Assembly (NCBI RefSeq): GCF_001194135.2
Contig: NC_068997.1
Span: 47,960,804 to 47,994,689, forward strand
DNA length: 33,886 nucleotides
Source of the DNA: Octopus bimaculoides
Taxonomy: Eukaryota
Direction of reading: 5' to 3'
The notes below the pieces were generated by a model. It had not been told where the DNA came from. It worked only from the letters and a program-made list of their open reading frames with translations, and ran no database searches. Shown one piece after another: positions 20,554 through 33,495 of this stretch. Each line of letters starts with the position of its first letter. The stretch's first letter is position 1. The translations under genes and the position numbers were made by a program.

Positions 20554-21485
20554 CGTGTATTTGNNNNNNNNNNNNNNNNNNNNNNNNNNNNNNNNNNNNN
20601 NNNNNNNNNNNNNNNNNNNNNNNNNNNNNNNNNNNNNNNNNNNNNNNNNNNNNNNNNNNNNNNNNNNNNNNNNNNNNNNNNNNNNNNNNNNNNNNNNNNN
20701 NNNNNNNNNNNNNNNNNNNNNNNNNNNNNNNNNNNNNNNNNNNNNNNNNNNNNNNNNNNNNNNNNNNNNNNNNNNNNNNNNNNNNNNNNNNNNNNNNNNN
20801 NNNNNNNNNNNNNNNNNNNNNNNNNNNNNNNNNNNNNNNNNNNNNNNNNNNNNNNNNNNNNNNNNNNNNNNNNNNNNNNNNNNNNNNNNNNNNNNNNNNN
20901 NNNNNNNNNNNNNNNNNNNNNNNNNNNNNNNNNNNNNNNNNNNNNNNNNNNNNNNNNNNNNNNNNNNNNNNNNNNNNNNNNNNNNNNNNNNNNNNNNNNN
21001 NNNNNNNGATGAAATGGACGTGTTTGTGTGTGTGACAGAGAGAGAGAGAAAGAGAGAGAGAGAGAGGTTTGTTGTCATGTATACGTACATGCATAAATAT
21101 GCATACATCATTGTGTGTGTATGAGAGAGAGAGAGAGAGAGTAAATACTACATACACACCGCTTTTCATTCTGTCTCACACACACACATACGCACACATA
21201 CATCCAAAAATGATGGATGCATATGACAACATAACCCTTGACTCACTCACACTGTGTCTCTTACAAACACACACATACATAAATGTGTACAAACATATTT
21301 ACAAAGACACACGTGTGTATGCGCGCGCGTGTGTGTGTTGTGTGTGTGTGAGAGAGAGAGAGAGATAGGGAGGGGGTGAAAGAGAATATTGCCAAGAATG
21401 AATGTAATAAACATGAAATGAAAAAGTCGTATAAATAAAAGCTATTGTACGGAATGTTTAAATCTGTGGACTTAGTAAATATTTC

Positions 21486-21960
21486 GAACCTTTTAAAAGA
21501 AGTGAATCATAAATATGAAGAGCCTAACATTTATCCGAGGTCAAATTATTCATGCATCACAAGTATGGAAGCATTTGGTGAAGTCGATTTCACTTGAAAA
21601 GCGAATACACAAAAACATCAAAATAGAGAGTGAAGCGTTTTGCCGTTGCTACGTCAATACCGGAAGTTGACATTGCATCGCAAGTATGTAAGCATTTGGT
21701 ACAAGAACGTCAAAATAGAGAGTGAAACTTTTTGCCGTTGTTACGTCAATACCGGAAGTTGACATTGAGGAACCTTTTTAAAGAAGTGAATCATAAATAT
21801 AAAGCAATATTATTTATTTTTAATTAAAAAAATCAAATGAAGAGCCTAAGATTTATCCGAGGTCAAATTATTCATGCATCACAAGTATGGAAGCATTTGG
21901 TGAAGTCAATTTCACGTGAAAAGCGAATACACAGACATCTCTGTTTTATATATTAGAAGA
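21486..21960 (-). mobile_element. Internally rearranged repeat with a Helitron-like 5' terminus on the minus strand
   Basis: Minus strand A|TCttctaatatataaaac...gtctgtgt at 21961/21960. Three internal segments are duplicated at high identity. Confidence 0.35.
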
Positions 21961-22209
21961 TAGTTGTTCTCGTTGTCAGTATGAACCCACAAACTTTCAA
22001 AGATTAGAACGTTATTCAGACAACAAACATGTTGCATACATTTCCACGTAAACAGGAAATTTGCAGACCGTGACAGCAGAATTGTCCCAGTATACAGGTG
22101 ACATACCTGCGGATAAGGTATGAATGCGTGTATGTTTGTACATACATGCGTATATATTTACATGTATATATTTATTTATACAAATATACGGTTCATAGCA
22201 CGATGAAGA

Positions 22210-22249
<40 letters not shown>

Positions 22250-22422
22250 TGACGGTGACGATGACGATAATGACGACGACAAATAATGTCTACGACGATG
22301 ACGACGGACACAGCGATGACGGTGAAGAACTGCGACGACCGCGGCGAAGCTGCTGCCTCTGATGATAAGGTTGTTGATGCTACTGCCGCCGCTGCTGCTG
22401 CTGATAATGATGATGGTGATGG

Positions 22423-22455
<33 letters not shown>

Positions 22456-22720
22456 CGATGACGATGATGGTGTTGTGGTTCTTGTTGTTAATGGTGATGC
22501 TGGTGATGATGATGGTGATTGAAGCGTTGTTGATATTGATAATAGTAGTGATTTTGACTATGATGGTGACGATGGTGGATACATGTATGATGATAATGTT
22601 GATGACAGTTGTCATGACGACAATGGTGGTGACGGTGATGCAAACGCGTCCTTCGTTGCTGCTGCCAATGCTACAGATGCTAATTATATTGGTGGTGATG
22701 ATGATGATAGAGAGGAAAGA
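22210..22720. repeat. Compound (GAC/GAT/GCT/GGT)n trinucleotide field
   Basis: Direct reading; in-frame stops interrupt the poly-Asp frame. Confidence 0.95.
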
Positions 22721-24030
22721 GAAGAGAAAGATGACCTGAAGAAATTCCACACAAAGAAAAAACAAAATAAGAAATAAAATAAAATTCACCTTAAATCCTC
22801 TTAAGAGCATCAGAGTCGCTGAGAGATGAAGAGGATAGAAATAGTACATAATATAGCACAAATTCGAAAATCAGACCCTCCACACGTGCCCACCTCACCA
22901 CGATGGCGATGAGAGCCTGTCGAAGTCCTTTCATGTGAACAGGATCAGAAAATTAGAAAAGACGTGTTTCTAATATCTTTGATAAAATTCTCTCCTTCAA
23001 AACATAAAACTATTTATAAGAACACTCATAGCACGTATATACATACATGCACATATATATATATATACGCACATATATATGTGTGTCTATGTGTGTGTAT
23101 GTCTGTATGTGTGTGAGTGTGTGTGAGTGTGTGTGTGTGTGTGTATGTAGGTACGTATGTATTCAATGTGGCATACATATACATATACACAGAAAATTAC
23201 TTGGTTCTTTCATCTCTGTATATATATTTTATATTTATAGGTATTTTGAATATTTCAAATCTTTAATCAAATTATTTGATCGTACACTACCTACCTATAA
23301 ACATACACACACACTCTCATGTATATGTATATATACGTATTCAGACGCGCACATACATGCGTACATGCATGCACACATACATACATACATACAAATCTGC
23401 ACATATACATACATACATACATACAAACAGACAGACAGACAGACAGACAGGCAGACAGACAGACAGACAGACATACAGACAGGCATACATACGTACATAC
23501 AGTCATACGCACTTGAAACTGTAAACATAAAAGAAAAATGAAACATCTGAAAAATTCTGAAAAATTCTTGATTTAGGAACAAAAACTATAAATTTTCTTA
23601 AAATTCAAGTAATTTATTGAATTCTGATTACATTCACAGAAGAAAAAAGTAGCAACAAAACAACAGCAACGTCTAGAACTGCAATATCAACAACAACAAC
23701 AGCAATAAAATTTTATGTTTATTTACAATCAAAGCTGAATAGTAAATTTTTCAGACATTATTATCCAAGAGATTATAAGCCCTTTAATCCTTTTGCTAAA
23801 GATTTTGGTATTACTACAGACATGGAATTGAAAGTGTTAAAATAGAAACAAAAGAATTTTGAAATTTCGGGAGGAAAGATAATTACTTTTAGTCAAGCCA
23901 TCCGAGTTATTAGATTTCTAACAAGAAATATCTGACTTTCTAATAGCGATCATATATTTTAATCAGAACTGTACCTGCTTACATGTGTTTGCATACATAC
24001 ATACATACACACATGTGAGTGTGTGTTGCG

Positions 24031-24094
<64 letters not shown>

Positions 24095-24269
24095 TACATA
24101 TATATATATGTGTTCCGTTTACATATTTGTTTTTCAAGATTTTTGATGTGAAATCGTGTATTGAAACAGAGGTTGTTGTACAATATGACCATCCCCAAGT
24201 ACAACATATATATATGGGTGCATATGCATTAAATATGTATATCTATATATATATATATACGTATATCAG

Positions 24270-24332
<63 letters not shown>

Positions 24333-24375
24333 GAGCAAGCGTGGAATGGAGGTTAAAGTGATGACGACGTCGGCC

Positions 24376-24420
<45 letters not shown>

Positions 24421-24475
24421 GCGACGACGATGAGAATGATAATGATGATGATGATGATGATGATGAGGATGACGA

Positions 24476-24521
<46 letters not shown>

Positions 24522-24550
24522 GATGATGATGATGATGGTAATGATAATGT

Positions 24551-24591
<41 letters not shown>

Positions 24592-24625
24592 GTGATGATG
24601 ATGGTAGTGATGATGATGATGGTAG

Positions 24626-24666
<41 letters not shown>

Positions 24667-24690
24667 TTGATGATAATGACGATGGTGATG
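24270..24690. repeat. (TCTA)n (24270-24332) and (GAT)n (24376-24690) microsatellites
   Basis: Direct reading. Confidence 0.97.
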
Positions 24691-24872
24691 ATTCTTACGA
24701 AAATTTGCTTCACAAAATACAAACTCGACAGAGACAACACTTTTGTTGAGAAGAGGAAACGAAAACCGTGTGGATGAGAGAAAAGAAATACAACTGCGCA
24801 ACAGTTTTGAGTATTTCGTTCGTAATAAGAAAGAATTCAGAGATTAAAAATGGAGAAAGAAACTGAATAATA

Positions 24873-24875
24873 AAA

Positions 24876-24930
<55 letters not shown>
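24873..24930. repeat. (AAAT)n microsatellite
   Basis: Direct reading. Confidence 0.97.
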
Positions 24931-25657
24931 CCGCGTCCTGCCACTTACGAATTGTATTACTAATACAATTACTCATGCTTATCAGATCACGGATAGAGTT
25001 TTTTTAAATTTCATAAAACTTTTTCTCTACTATATCATATCTATCTTGACAAAGAGTGAGGGCTCGAAACATTAATAATTTTCCTTTTAGTCACGACGAT
25101 TAAATTTACATTAGATTTATCTTTATTACTATTTCCTTTCGACTACTGTTTGCCGACGCAAACATACTATCGAATTTCTCTGAGTCAGGACTTTGCAATA
25201 TTAAACTTACATACACTCACGCACAATAAACCGTGCACCCCACCATATATNNNNNNNNNNNNNNNNNNNNNNNNNNNNNNNNNNNNNNNNNNNNNNNNNN
25301 NNNNNNNNNNNNNNNNNNNNNNNNNNNNNNNNNNNNNNNNNNNNNNNNNNNNNNNNNNNNNNNNNNNNNNNNNNNNNNNNNNNNNNNNNNNNNNNNNNNN
25401 NNNNNNNNNNNNNNNNNNNNNNNNNNNNNNNNNNNNNNNNNNNNNNNNNNNNNNNNNNNNNNNNNNNNNNNNNNNNNNNNNNNNNNNNNNNNNNNNNNNN
25501 NNNNNNNNNNNNNNNNNNNNNNNNNNNNNNNNNNNNNNNNNNNNNNNNNNNNNNNNNNNNNNNNNNNNNNNNNNNNNNNNNNNNNNNNNNNNNNNNNNNN
25601 NNNNNNNNNNNNNNNNNNNNNNNNNNNNNNNNNNNNNNNNNNNNNNNNNNNNNNNNN

Positions 25658-25971
25658 AACGGGACGACACTGCATAGTGCCAAAGATCCCAGCAATGCCA
25701 TCGCGCTTCAGGACCAGTTACTGCAACAGTTTGAGTTTCAGGGGCCCACAGCTTTTTAATATTCTCCCAAAGAGCCTGAGGAACCTGCACAAAGCTGGAC
25801 TTCTTCCTGTCGAGAGTCCCAGATGAACCTACCTCGAGGCAGGAGGTGCAAATGAGGGTTGCTAAATCAAACTCCATTCTTCACCAAGTGCCACAAATTG
25901 TAAGAGGCTCCCTGTAATAACAGTGTAGCAACACAGCGGTGCATCAGCATGGCCGCAGCTCTAAGCTGAAA
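25658..25971 (+). mobile_element. 3' end of a CR1/L2-group LINE: ORF2 C-terminus and 3' UTR
   Basis: GRHCIVPKIPAMPSRFRTSYCNSLSFRGPQLFNILPKSLRNLHK, then after a frameshifting deletion KLDFFLSRVPDEPTSRQEVQMRVAKSNSILHQ...stop. The 3' tail is gcggtgcatcagcatggccgcagctctaagctgaaa. Confidence 0.85.
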
Positions 25972-26051
25972 NNNNNNNNNNGGGGGGGGGGGTTATACAG
26001 AGTGATATACAGACAAACAATATATATATATATAGATAGATAGATAGGTAG

Positions 26052-26093
<42 letters not shown>

Positions 26094-27194
26094 GGAGGGA
26101 GCGAGAGATAAAAAAGAAAGAGGGATGGAGAGAGAGAGAAAGAGAAAGAAAGAAGGAGGGATGGAGAGAGAGACAGTGAGAAAGAAAAAGAGATAAACAC
26201 ATGTATATACGTAGATGTATCGAGCAACATCCGTTTCGAAATGAGTTCAAGGATATTCAATCCATCAAAAATAGATTGTAACCCCATTTTTATCTTCCAC
26301 GTAAATAATATCATTCGGTCTTATTTTTTACTCGGGGTTTATGTTGTTTTGGTTGTGTGGTGATCTTTGTGTATGCATAACTATCAACTCTCAGTAACGA
26401 AGCAGCCACATAAATTGCTGTTTCGCTGAAGACGTTTTATCAAACCTAAACGTGTTAAGAGTTGTCGCCCAGTCTTTCTACTAAAGAAATGTTTATACAT
26501 ATACATACATTCATACATACATACATTATGTGCTTTTAGTTGTGACTGGGACGCTGTTGCATTAATGCATTTCAAAATACGTCTGGTTTCTTAGTTATAA
26601 ATAAAACTATATAATACTGCTGTTTCTTATTTGTTTCGTTTATAACGCCATTTTCTTTTATACTGCCATTTATGAACAAAGCATCGTTGATTACAGTCCT
26701 CGAACGTGCCAACCACTGTTCACTGTATCCATGGCAACGAGTATGACAAGGCAGTATCTGTAATTCGATGAAGAAAAAATAATTGTTTCGGATTTGTTGC
26801 CGCTATCTATATCCAACCCCTAAATCGTCAGGCTTGAACCTAGGTTAGAAACCGAGTCTTTCGCTACTGGCAATAAATCTTGAAATAAACTGAACAACGA
26901 CATACATACATACATACATACATACATACATACATACAATCATTTTTATCCGTTTTTAAGAGTCATCCCTAAAGTTACTGTGAATGCCCTTTGGTATTAT
27001 TTTTCTATTGTATGCGGCCGGTACGTTTACTATAAAAATATTTGGATGCTCAAAGCGAGCCCCAGGCTTGCATACGAAAGGCATGTATTTTATTGTTTAT
27101 GTGTGTATATGTTTGTATATATACATATATGTATGTGTGTCCTTGAGTTTTACATTTCTTTACCTAGTGGTTCAACTTTAAAAATCGACAAAAA

Positions 27195-27312
27195 TAATAC
27201 CAGACGTAATATAATTAGTTGGACCGACAGGTTCAACTGAATCCTTCATAGCGGTGCTGTAGCATGACTACAATACAATGGCGGCTGAAATAAGTAAAAT
27301 AAGTATAAAAGA
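27195..27312 (+). mobile_element. SINE 3' tail fragment with LINE-like terminus
   Basis: gcggtgctgtagcatgactacaat...ctgaaataagtaaaa resembles 25936-25971. Confidence 0.55.
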
Positions 27313-27535
27313 ATACTAAAAATATATCGAGTTTTTTTTTAGAGTGAGAAGTTCATCAGGTATTGATCTTTTATTGATACGTTCCCAAGATGTTGATAAG
27401 AGATTATTTGTCAATTAATCAAAAATATATTAAATTGTAATTTATTGCGAGTTCAAAAAACAGAGTGATAAAAAATAAATAATGGGAGAGACGAAATAAT
27501 GTATTTCGTTAACGAGCGAATAATGTGGCCTTTAT

Positions 27536-27730
27536 GTGGCCGCTCGACATGCTAGAAATAGCAATGAAATCTCCTTGAAATCATACTCATTTAACAAGGA
27601 CGGTGAGATGGATACAATCACTGACGGGGTTCAGTTCTCTTTGTGAAGAAGGGCAATGGTTAAGGCTGGAATGCTTTGGGGCATGGATCTCCTCATGAAA
27701 CATGACCTAGGGTTAAGCAACAACAGCAAC
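27536..27730 (+). repeat. Dispersed repeat (tail type 'C') ending in (CAA)-like tail
   Basis: ggccgctcgacatgctagaaatagc...ggctggaatgc...gacctagggttaagcaacaac. Confidence 0.55.
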
Positions 27731-27949
27731 AAATATTACTTGCTTTTCAAGTCCCCACTAAGAAACAATTTAAACTTTTGTGGGATTTGGACCCAGTTCA
27801 TGAAAAGATGAAATTATATCATGCTTTCATTAATTTTCTTTACGTGCTTATGCAGTCGCGAGTAAGTATGATACTCCCTCGGTCCGCTTACTAATGACAT
27901 AACACAGTAGTATGCGACAGCTGGATATAGAAAGGGCTGAATCTGAACT

Positions 27950-28020
27950 CGGTCAGTACTCATTTACAGCTGAATAGACTGAAGAGTCGTAAAATGAAGA
28001 GTCTTGCTCGAAGACACATG
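27950..28020 (-). mobile_element. Degenerate SINE core fragment
   Basis: actcatttacagctgaatagactg...gtcttgctcgaagacaca matches the antisense core in the 3703 and 8846 copies. Confidence 0.55.
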
Positions 28021-29093
28021 TTGCTCGACCACATGAATATCACAAACACATCGTGACAAATTTCCCTATCAAATTGCACAAGTGAATTCCACTTTGAATG
28101 CGGGAAATGGATATTATCCGATCATAATGTTATTACCATTAACTACAGGAAGCAGTTTTACTCTAGGGTTTTGAAAAAAAAAAAGAAACTTTTCTTAAGC
28201 TTAAGGGACACTTTTTATGAAAGACAATTTTTTGGATTTTCTTAGTTTTTTCATATATTTCATCATACATAACTTCACAGAAAAACCAAATATTTTAGTG
28301 GAGGATATGAAAACTGTTTCTACAAGAGATACTAAAAAAAGTATCGCAGAAGCAAAATATATCTGTTTTATTTTTCGTTGGATAATTAAAATTATTACAG
28401 GAATGACCCTGAAATTTAATTACGCAGTCAAAAGATTAATACACCCAGAAACACTATCAATGTAAGAGATAATTTCAACACGCTCAGCAAATCATGGCTT
28501 TCAACCCCTTCAGCTAACAATGCATAATAGCAGCCCAACTGAACTCCCCTTATATCAAAAACAATCCACACCAACACGCATAGTTTATCAAGTCAACTAC
28601 AGCATCTCTTCTCCGGGCATTATATTTTACGTCGCACAGCTAGCTACCGTAACAACTTGGCAAAACAACCACCATATTTTCAAAAGGACCACCTACCAAT
28701 TATCATTACAACGCATTCACAAATCAATGTAAAAATAACAAAAATCACTTTCAGAAACTTCAAAATAAATAATTGAATAAATAAATAAAGAAAATAAATA
28801 AAGAAAGAAATAAACAAAAAATAAGAAGCCCGAAAGAATGAGTTTCATCAACAAAGAGAATCAAGATTTTCAGAATTCAGAAATACCAGTCACTAATATA
28901 GACGCGCACAAGCGCACGCACACACACACACACACACACNNNNNNNNNNNNNNNNNNNNNNNNNNNNNNNNNNNNNNNNNNNNNNNNNNNNNNNNNNNNN
29001 NNNNNNNNNNNNNNNNNNATATATATACATGTGTGTATATACATGTGTGTATATAAGTATATATATTTGTACATATATGTGTATATATATATG

Positions 29094-29137
<44 letters not shown>

Positions 29138-29219
29138 CATATGTATCTGTCGTTTACTCTGCTTTCGTCTAACTTTTCTCCTTGTATTCTTTGTTAAACC
29201 CTTGATACACACACACACA

Positions 29220-29302
<83 letters not shown>

Positions 29303-29454
29303 GTGTGTGTGTGTGTGTGTGTGTTTGTGCGTGTGCATATATATATATAAAAGTTTATATATGTATAAACGTATATATAAATATAAATATATATACATTT
29401 ATATGTATGTATGTATATATATATATATATATATAGTGTGTGTGCGTGTGTGTG

Positions 29455-29506
<52 letters not shown>

Positions 29507-29899
29507 TACATACATACATACGTGTATATATTTATATATATCCAGTCAACAAAATAATTATAGACGAATCCGAAAACAAACAAAGCACAACAAAACAAAC
29601 TAACAAATAAATCTTACGAGGCAACAACGCAAAATATACAATCTCAATTACAAACCAGAAATAGCCGGTGTTATAAAAACCAGAGACAATCTCGTAGCAA
29701 ACAACCATATACAACCGAAATAAAACTGAACATCAAACAAGTAAACAAGGAAAATAACCGAATATATAATAAACATCAACAACAACAACAACGCCAACAA
29801 CAACAATAAAAAAGACAACAACACGAAAATGAACAAAGAAACAAAGACAATACTAGGAAACACTTGTATTCAATATTAAACCACAAAACAAACAATAGA

Positions 29900-29978
29900 A
29901 TATAATGTAGAGTAAACATCATTATCATCATCGTCGTCGTCGTGCGTCGCCTCATCATCATCATCATCATCATCATCC

Positions 29979-30012
<34 letters not shown>

Positions 30013-30128
30013 GATCATCATCCTCATCATCATCATCATTATCATCATTATCATCATTACCATCATCATGATCATGATCATGATCATCATCATCATCATC
30101 ATCATCATCATTATAATAATTATCATCG

Positions 30129-30168
<40 letters not shown>

Positions 30169-30245
30169 TATAATAATTATCATCCTCATCATCATCGTCA
30201 TCATCATCATCATCATCATCCTCATCATTATAATAATTATCATCG

Positions 30246-30294
<49 letters not shown>

Positions 30295-30371
30295 TATAAT
30301 AATTATCATCCTCATCATCATCGTCATCATCATCATCATCATCATCCTCATCATTATAATAATTATCATCG

Positions 30372-30420
<49 letters not shown>

Positions 30421-30449
30421 TATAATAATTATCATCCTCATCATCATCG

Positions 30450-30480
<31 letters not shown>

Positions 30481-30605
30481 TATAATAATTATCATCGTCA
30501 TCATCATCATCCTCATCATTATAATAATTATCATCCTCATCATCATCGTCATCATCATCATCATCATCATCCTCATCATCATCATCATTATAATAATTTT
30601 CATCG

Positions 30606-30644
<39 letters not shown>

Positions 30645-31030
30645 ACTTCATCATCGTTGTTATCATCATTGCCATCAGCACTTTAGTGTTGATGACGATG
30701 ATGATGAAGATGATGATGATGATGAGGAGGAGCAGGAAAACAACGAGAAGGAGGAGGAGAAGGAGATGGAGGAGTAGGAGGGAATGGAGGAGGAGGAGGA
30801 GGGGGAGGAGGAAGAGGAGCAGCAACAGCAGCATCATTGTCGCCATCGCTATTGCCACTGTTACCACCACCACCACCACCACCACCACCACCGCCAACAC
30901 CATCGCCATTACTATCGTCATCATCATCGTCATCATCATCGTCATCATCATCATCATCATCATCGCCGTCGTTGCCATCGTTAACAGGAACAATAACAAC
31001 ATCAACAACACCAACAACCACGACAACAAC
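29900..31030. repeat. Large (CAT)n-based compound trinucleotide array with internal higher-order structure, plus (GGA)n, (ACC)n and (AAC)n tracts
   Basis: Direct reading; ttataataattatcatc anchors recur 9 times. Confidence 0.97.
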
Positions 31031-31624
31031 TACAAGAGCAGCAACGGTGCCACCAATTCTCATGTCACCCGAACCACTTTAAAGAATATACCCAGACTGC
31101 AACTTCAAAGAAATACCCTTATCAGAGATTCCTAGGAAAAGAACCACCAACACATACACACACAAGGACACACACACACACATACACACACATACACACA
31201 CACACACACACATACATACACACACAAACACAAACAAACACACAAACACACACACACACTCTCTCTCTCTCACACACACACTCTCTCTCTCTCACACACA
31301 CACTCTCTCTCTCTCTCACTCACACACACACACTCTCTCTCTCTCACACACACATGCACACAGATTCAAACACACAAAGCATACTGAAACTTGAAACGAA
31401 ACAATAAATAAAATATGTACCTTGCATTATGTACCTTGCATTTAGACCAGTGGTTATTGACCCTTTTTTTGTAGCCCCCTTCCTTTAAGTAGTTGTGATG
31501 CCTAGTGCCCACTGGCGAGGGAGGTGTCACAACTAAACTGACTTATAACATGGAGGATAATTTATAAATTTTACTCTAAAAATGGATTGGTTATTGAGAT
31601 TATTTGGTCAAATCTAATGATTAT

Positions 31625-31805
31625 TTACTCACATGACTTGAATTAATCATACATTATCTCATACCTTTGAGATTTCAATGATGTAATTGTTTATTTTTAG
31701 AATGACATTGTAAGGTAGGTATGAAATGTTGGATCTGGCCAGGTTGCACGCAAGAGAAGCGAATATTTTGGCCGGATCTGGTCGGTGTGAATGCTAAAAG
31801 GTTAA
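31625..31805. mobile_element. Probable half of a piggyBac-like MITE
   Basis: Ends in aatgctaaaaggTTAA (31790-31805), resembling an ...AGGG-TTAA piggyBac terminus. The matching left end is not seen. The family resemblance is from memory. Confidence 0.4.
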
Positions 31806-31930
31806 GCTTTTATCAGTAAAATGATAAAAAAAATTTTTTAAAAGACAAAAATGTAAATTTAATTCAAGCATTGCAAGTGATCTCATTTTATTTTAATAAT
31901 CATTACTTGTTTTAATATGTATATTAACGA

Positions 31931-32076
31931 TGAGTTCAAATTCCGCCGAGGTCGACTCTACATTTCATCCTTTCGGGGTCGATAAATTAAGTATCAGTTG
32001 CGTACCGGGGTTGATCTAATCGACTAACACCCTCCCCGCGAATTTCAGGCCTTATGCCTATAGTAGAAAGGATTAT
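31931..32076 (+). mobile_element. 5'-truncated SINE family B
   Basis: gagttcaaattccgccgaggtcgactctacatttcatcctttcggggtcgataaattaag is shared with the 17928 copy. Confidence 0.8.
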
Positions 32077-32221
32077 ATATAATATGATTACTACTATAGG
32101 TAAAATTTATTATGTTATGTTACTTCACCGACCCTTAAAGATTGGCGCCCCTTTAGGGGTGGTATCGTCCATGATGTGAACCTCTGATTTAGGCGATGAT
32201 TTTGACCTTTTCTTACCACCA

Positions 32222-32658
32222 TCTTACTATAATGGGCGTTATGTCCATCTGTCCGTCTGTTTCCTCATCACGGTCAAACGGTTGGACCAATGGTCACGAT
32301 GTTCTTTGGGACTACGAAAGAGATAATCAGGAAGGTTTTTAGTGAAAAAAATATGAAAAAGTATGATTATTTAGTGGATATTTAGTTTTGCATTAATAAA
32401 TCGCCTTTGATGTTTTTGTTAAAATTCCGGCGACGAGGATTAACTCTGGATTCTCCACCCCGTAGTCTTCGTGAATTTAGAGGGTTTAGAATTGCGATAC
32501 TGTCCCAGTATTTCCCATCGTAGATTCTTAAAGATTCTGCTTGCGCATTCACAGCTAACAAGGCACAAGACTTTAGATTATGTAGGTGTATTTTTACCCA
32601 CTCCGATGGTTACAAACGGCCAGTTATACACCGCTACGAGGAGAGCAACGGGCTCCAG
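32222..32658 (+). mobile_element. Candidate non-autonomous Helitron
   Basis: A|TC start (32221/32222), a ctgtccgtctgt microsatellite seed followed by ..ttcctcatcacggtcaaacggttggacc, as seen in small invertebrate Helitrons. At the 3' end: hairpin GAGC-aacgg-GCTC (32643-32655) and CCAG|T (a CTAG variant). Confidence 0.4.
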
Positions 32659-33300
32659 TAATTTGAAAATTAGTGTCGATCAAACAGATAATATCGTCTA
32701 CAAAGAAGTTTTGCAATCATATTGATATTATCGAAATGAATATGATTCATAATTTAAATAAGGAAATTTGTGAACTTCGAATATATAAAAGTATAAACAA
32801 GCGTAACATAGTGTAAACAACTACAATAAAAGTATATCTAAATAACATTTTTTTCTAAATACTTTTTATGTAATGGTCGAAGCTAGCTCTGGCTTTCGTT
32901 AGAAGTGGTGCACATAACCATTCATGATACAGAGGCTGGGAGCCTATTTCAGTTTTGGAGTGCATCGTCACCACATGTCACTTAGTTGCAAACGCATCAT
33001 ATAGCTGTAATAGAATGCTGTATCACCAACAATATTGTGATTTCTTTAAGACATGGCCCAGTAATCTATCATGTCCATTTACACATTCCTTAATACACAC
33101 TGCTTTTATGACTTCCCTCCCTCATTTTATGCCTCTGTCTTAGATGGGTAGATTTGCTAGTATTTAAAAATTGACTTCAACTCGTAACTAACCACTGTCT
33201 AACCGTCTTTTATGACGACCATCAAACCACCATAAACCGACATCTAAACGCAATCTACGATAACTATCTTATCATCATCATCTAACATTCATAGAGCGCT

Positions 33301-33495
33301 ATTTAACCTAATTCAAACTACCATCTTACCACCATTGACAGCAATTTATATAAGCTTCCTTTTACTAACCATTTACTAACCAACACAGACCGTCATTTAA
33401 ACCAAATTCAAACTATCATCTAGCCACCATTATCCGCCATGTATAAAAGCTTCCATTTACTAGCAGCTATCTACCAACAAAACAGAAACGTCATT
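33301..33495. repeat. Diverged two-unit tandem repeat, ~94-98 bp period
   Basis: atttaacctaattcaaactaccatc...aagcttcc...cagaccgtc, followed from 33395 by atttaaaccaaattcaaactatcatc...aagcttcc...cagaaacgtc. Confidence 0.85.

Noticed and set aside
22200-22780. Asp-rich ORFs as an acidic biomineralisation-type protein
   Set aside because: Broken by in-frame stops and indistinguishable from the other trinucleotide fields in the window.
14080-25971. 5' and 3' LINE fragments as a single element split by insertions
   Set aside because: No RT-domain sequence was found between them, and the adjacent 407-nt gap is too small to hold it. They are more likely independent copies.
26725-26738. RFX X-box-like gtatccatggcaac
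   Set aside because: A single imperfect motif with no promoter or gene context.
26785-26830. Minus-strand CTGACGA...GAAAC as another hammerhead
   Set aside because: The only available stem (gattt/aaatc) uses the conserved GA itself, so the spacing is non-canonical. CTGANGA hits at about 3810, 4760, 11286, 19319 and 27354 also lack a stem II plus GAAA.
29776-31135. 417-aa poly-Met, 397-aa poly-Ile and an unlisted minus-strand poly-Asp (DDNYYNDD) frame as a real gene
   Set aside because: These are open only because (CAT)n lacks stops in those frames. There is no domain, splice context or codon structure beyond the repeat.
31445-31480. hAT/Charlie-like terminus cagtggttattgaccc
   Set aside because: No matching second end or 8-bp TSD could be identified.
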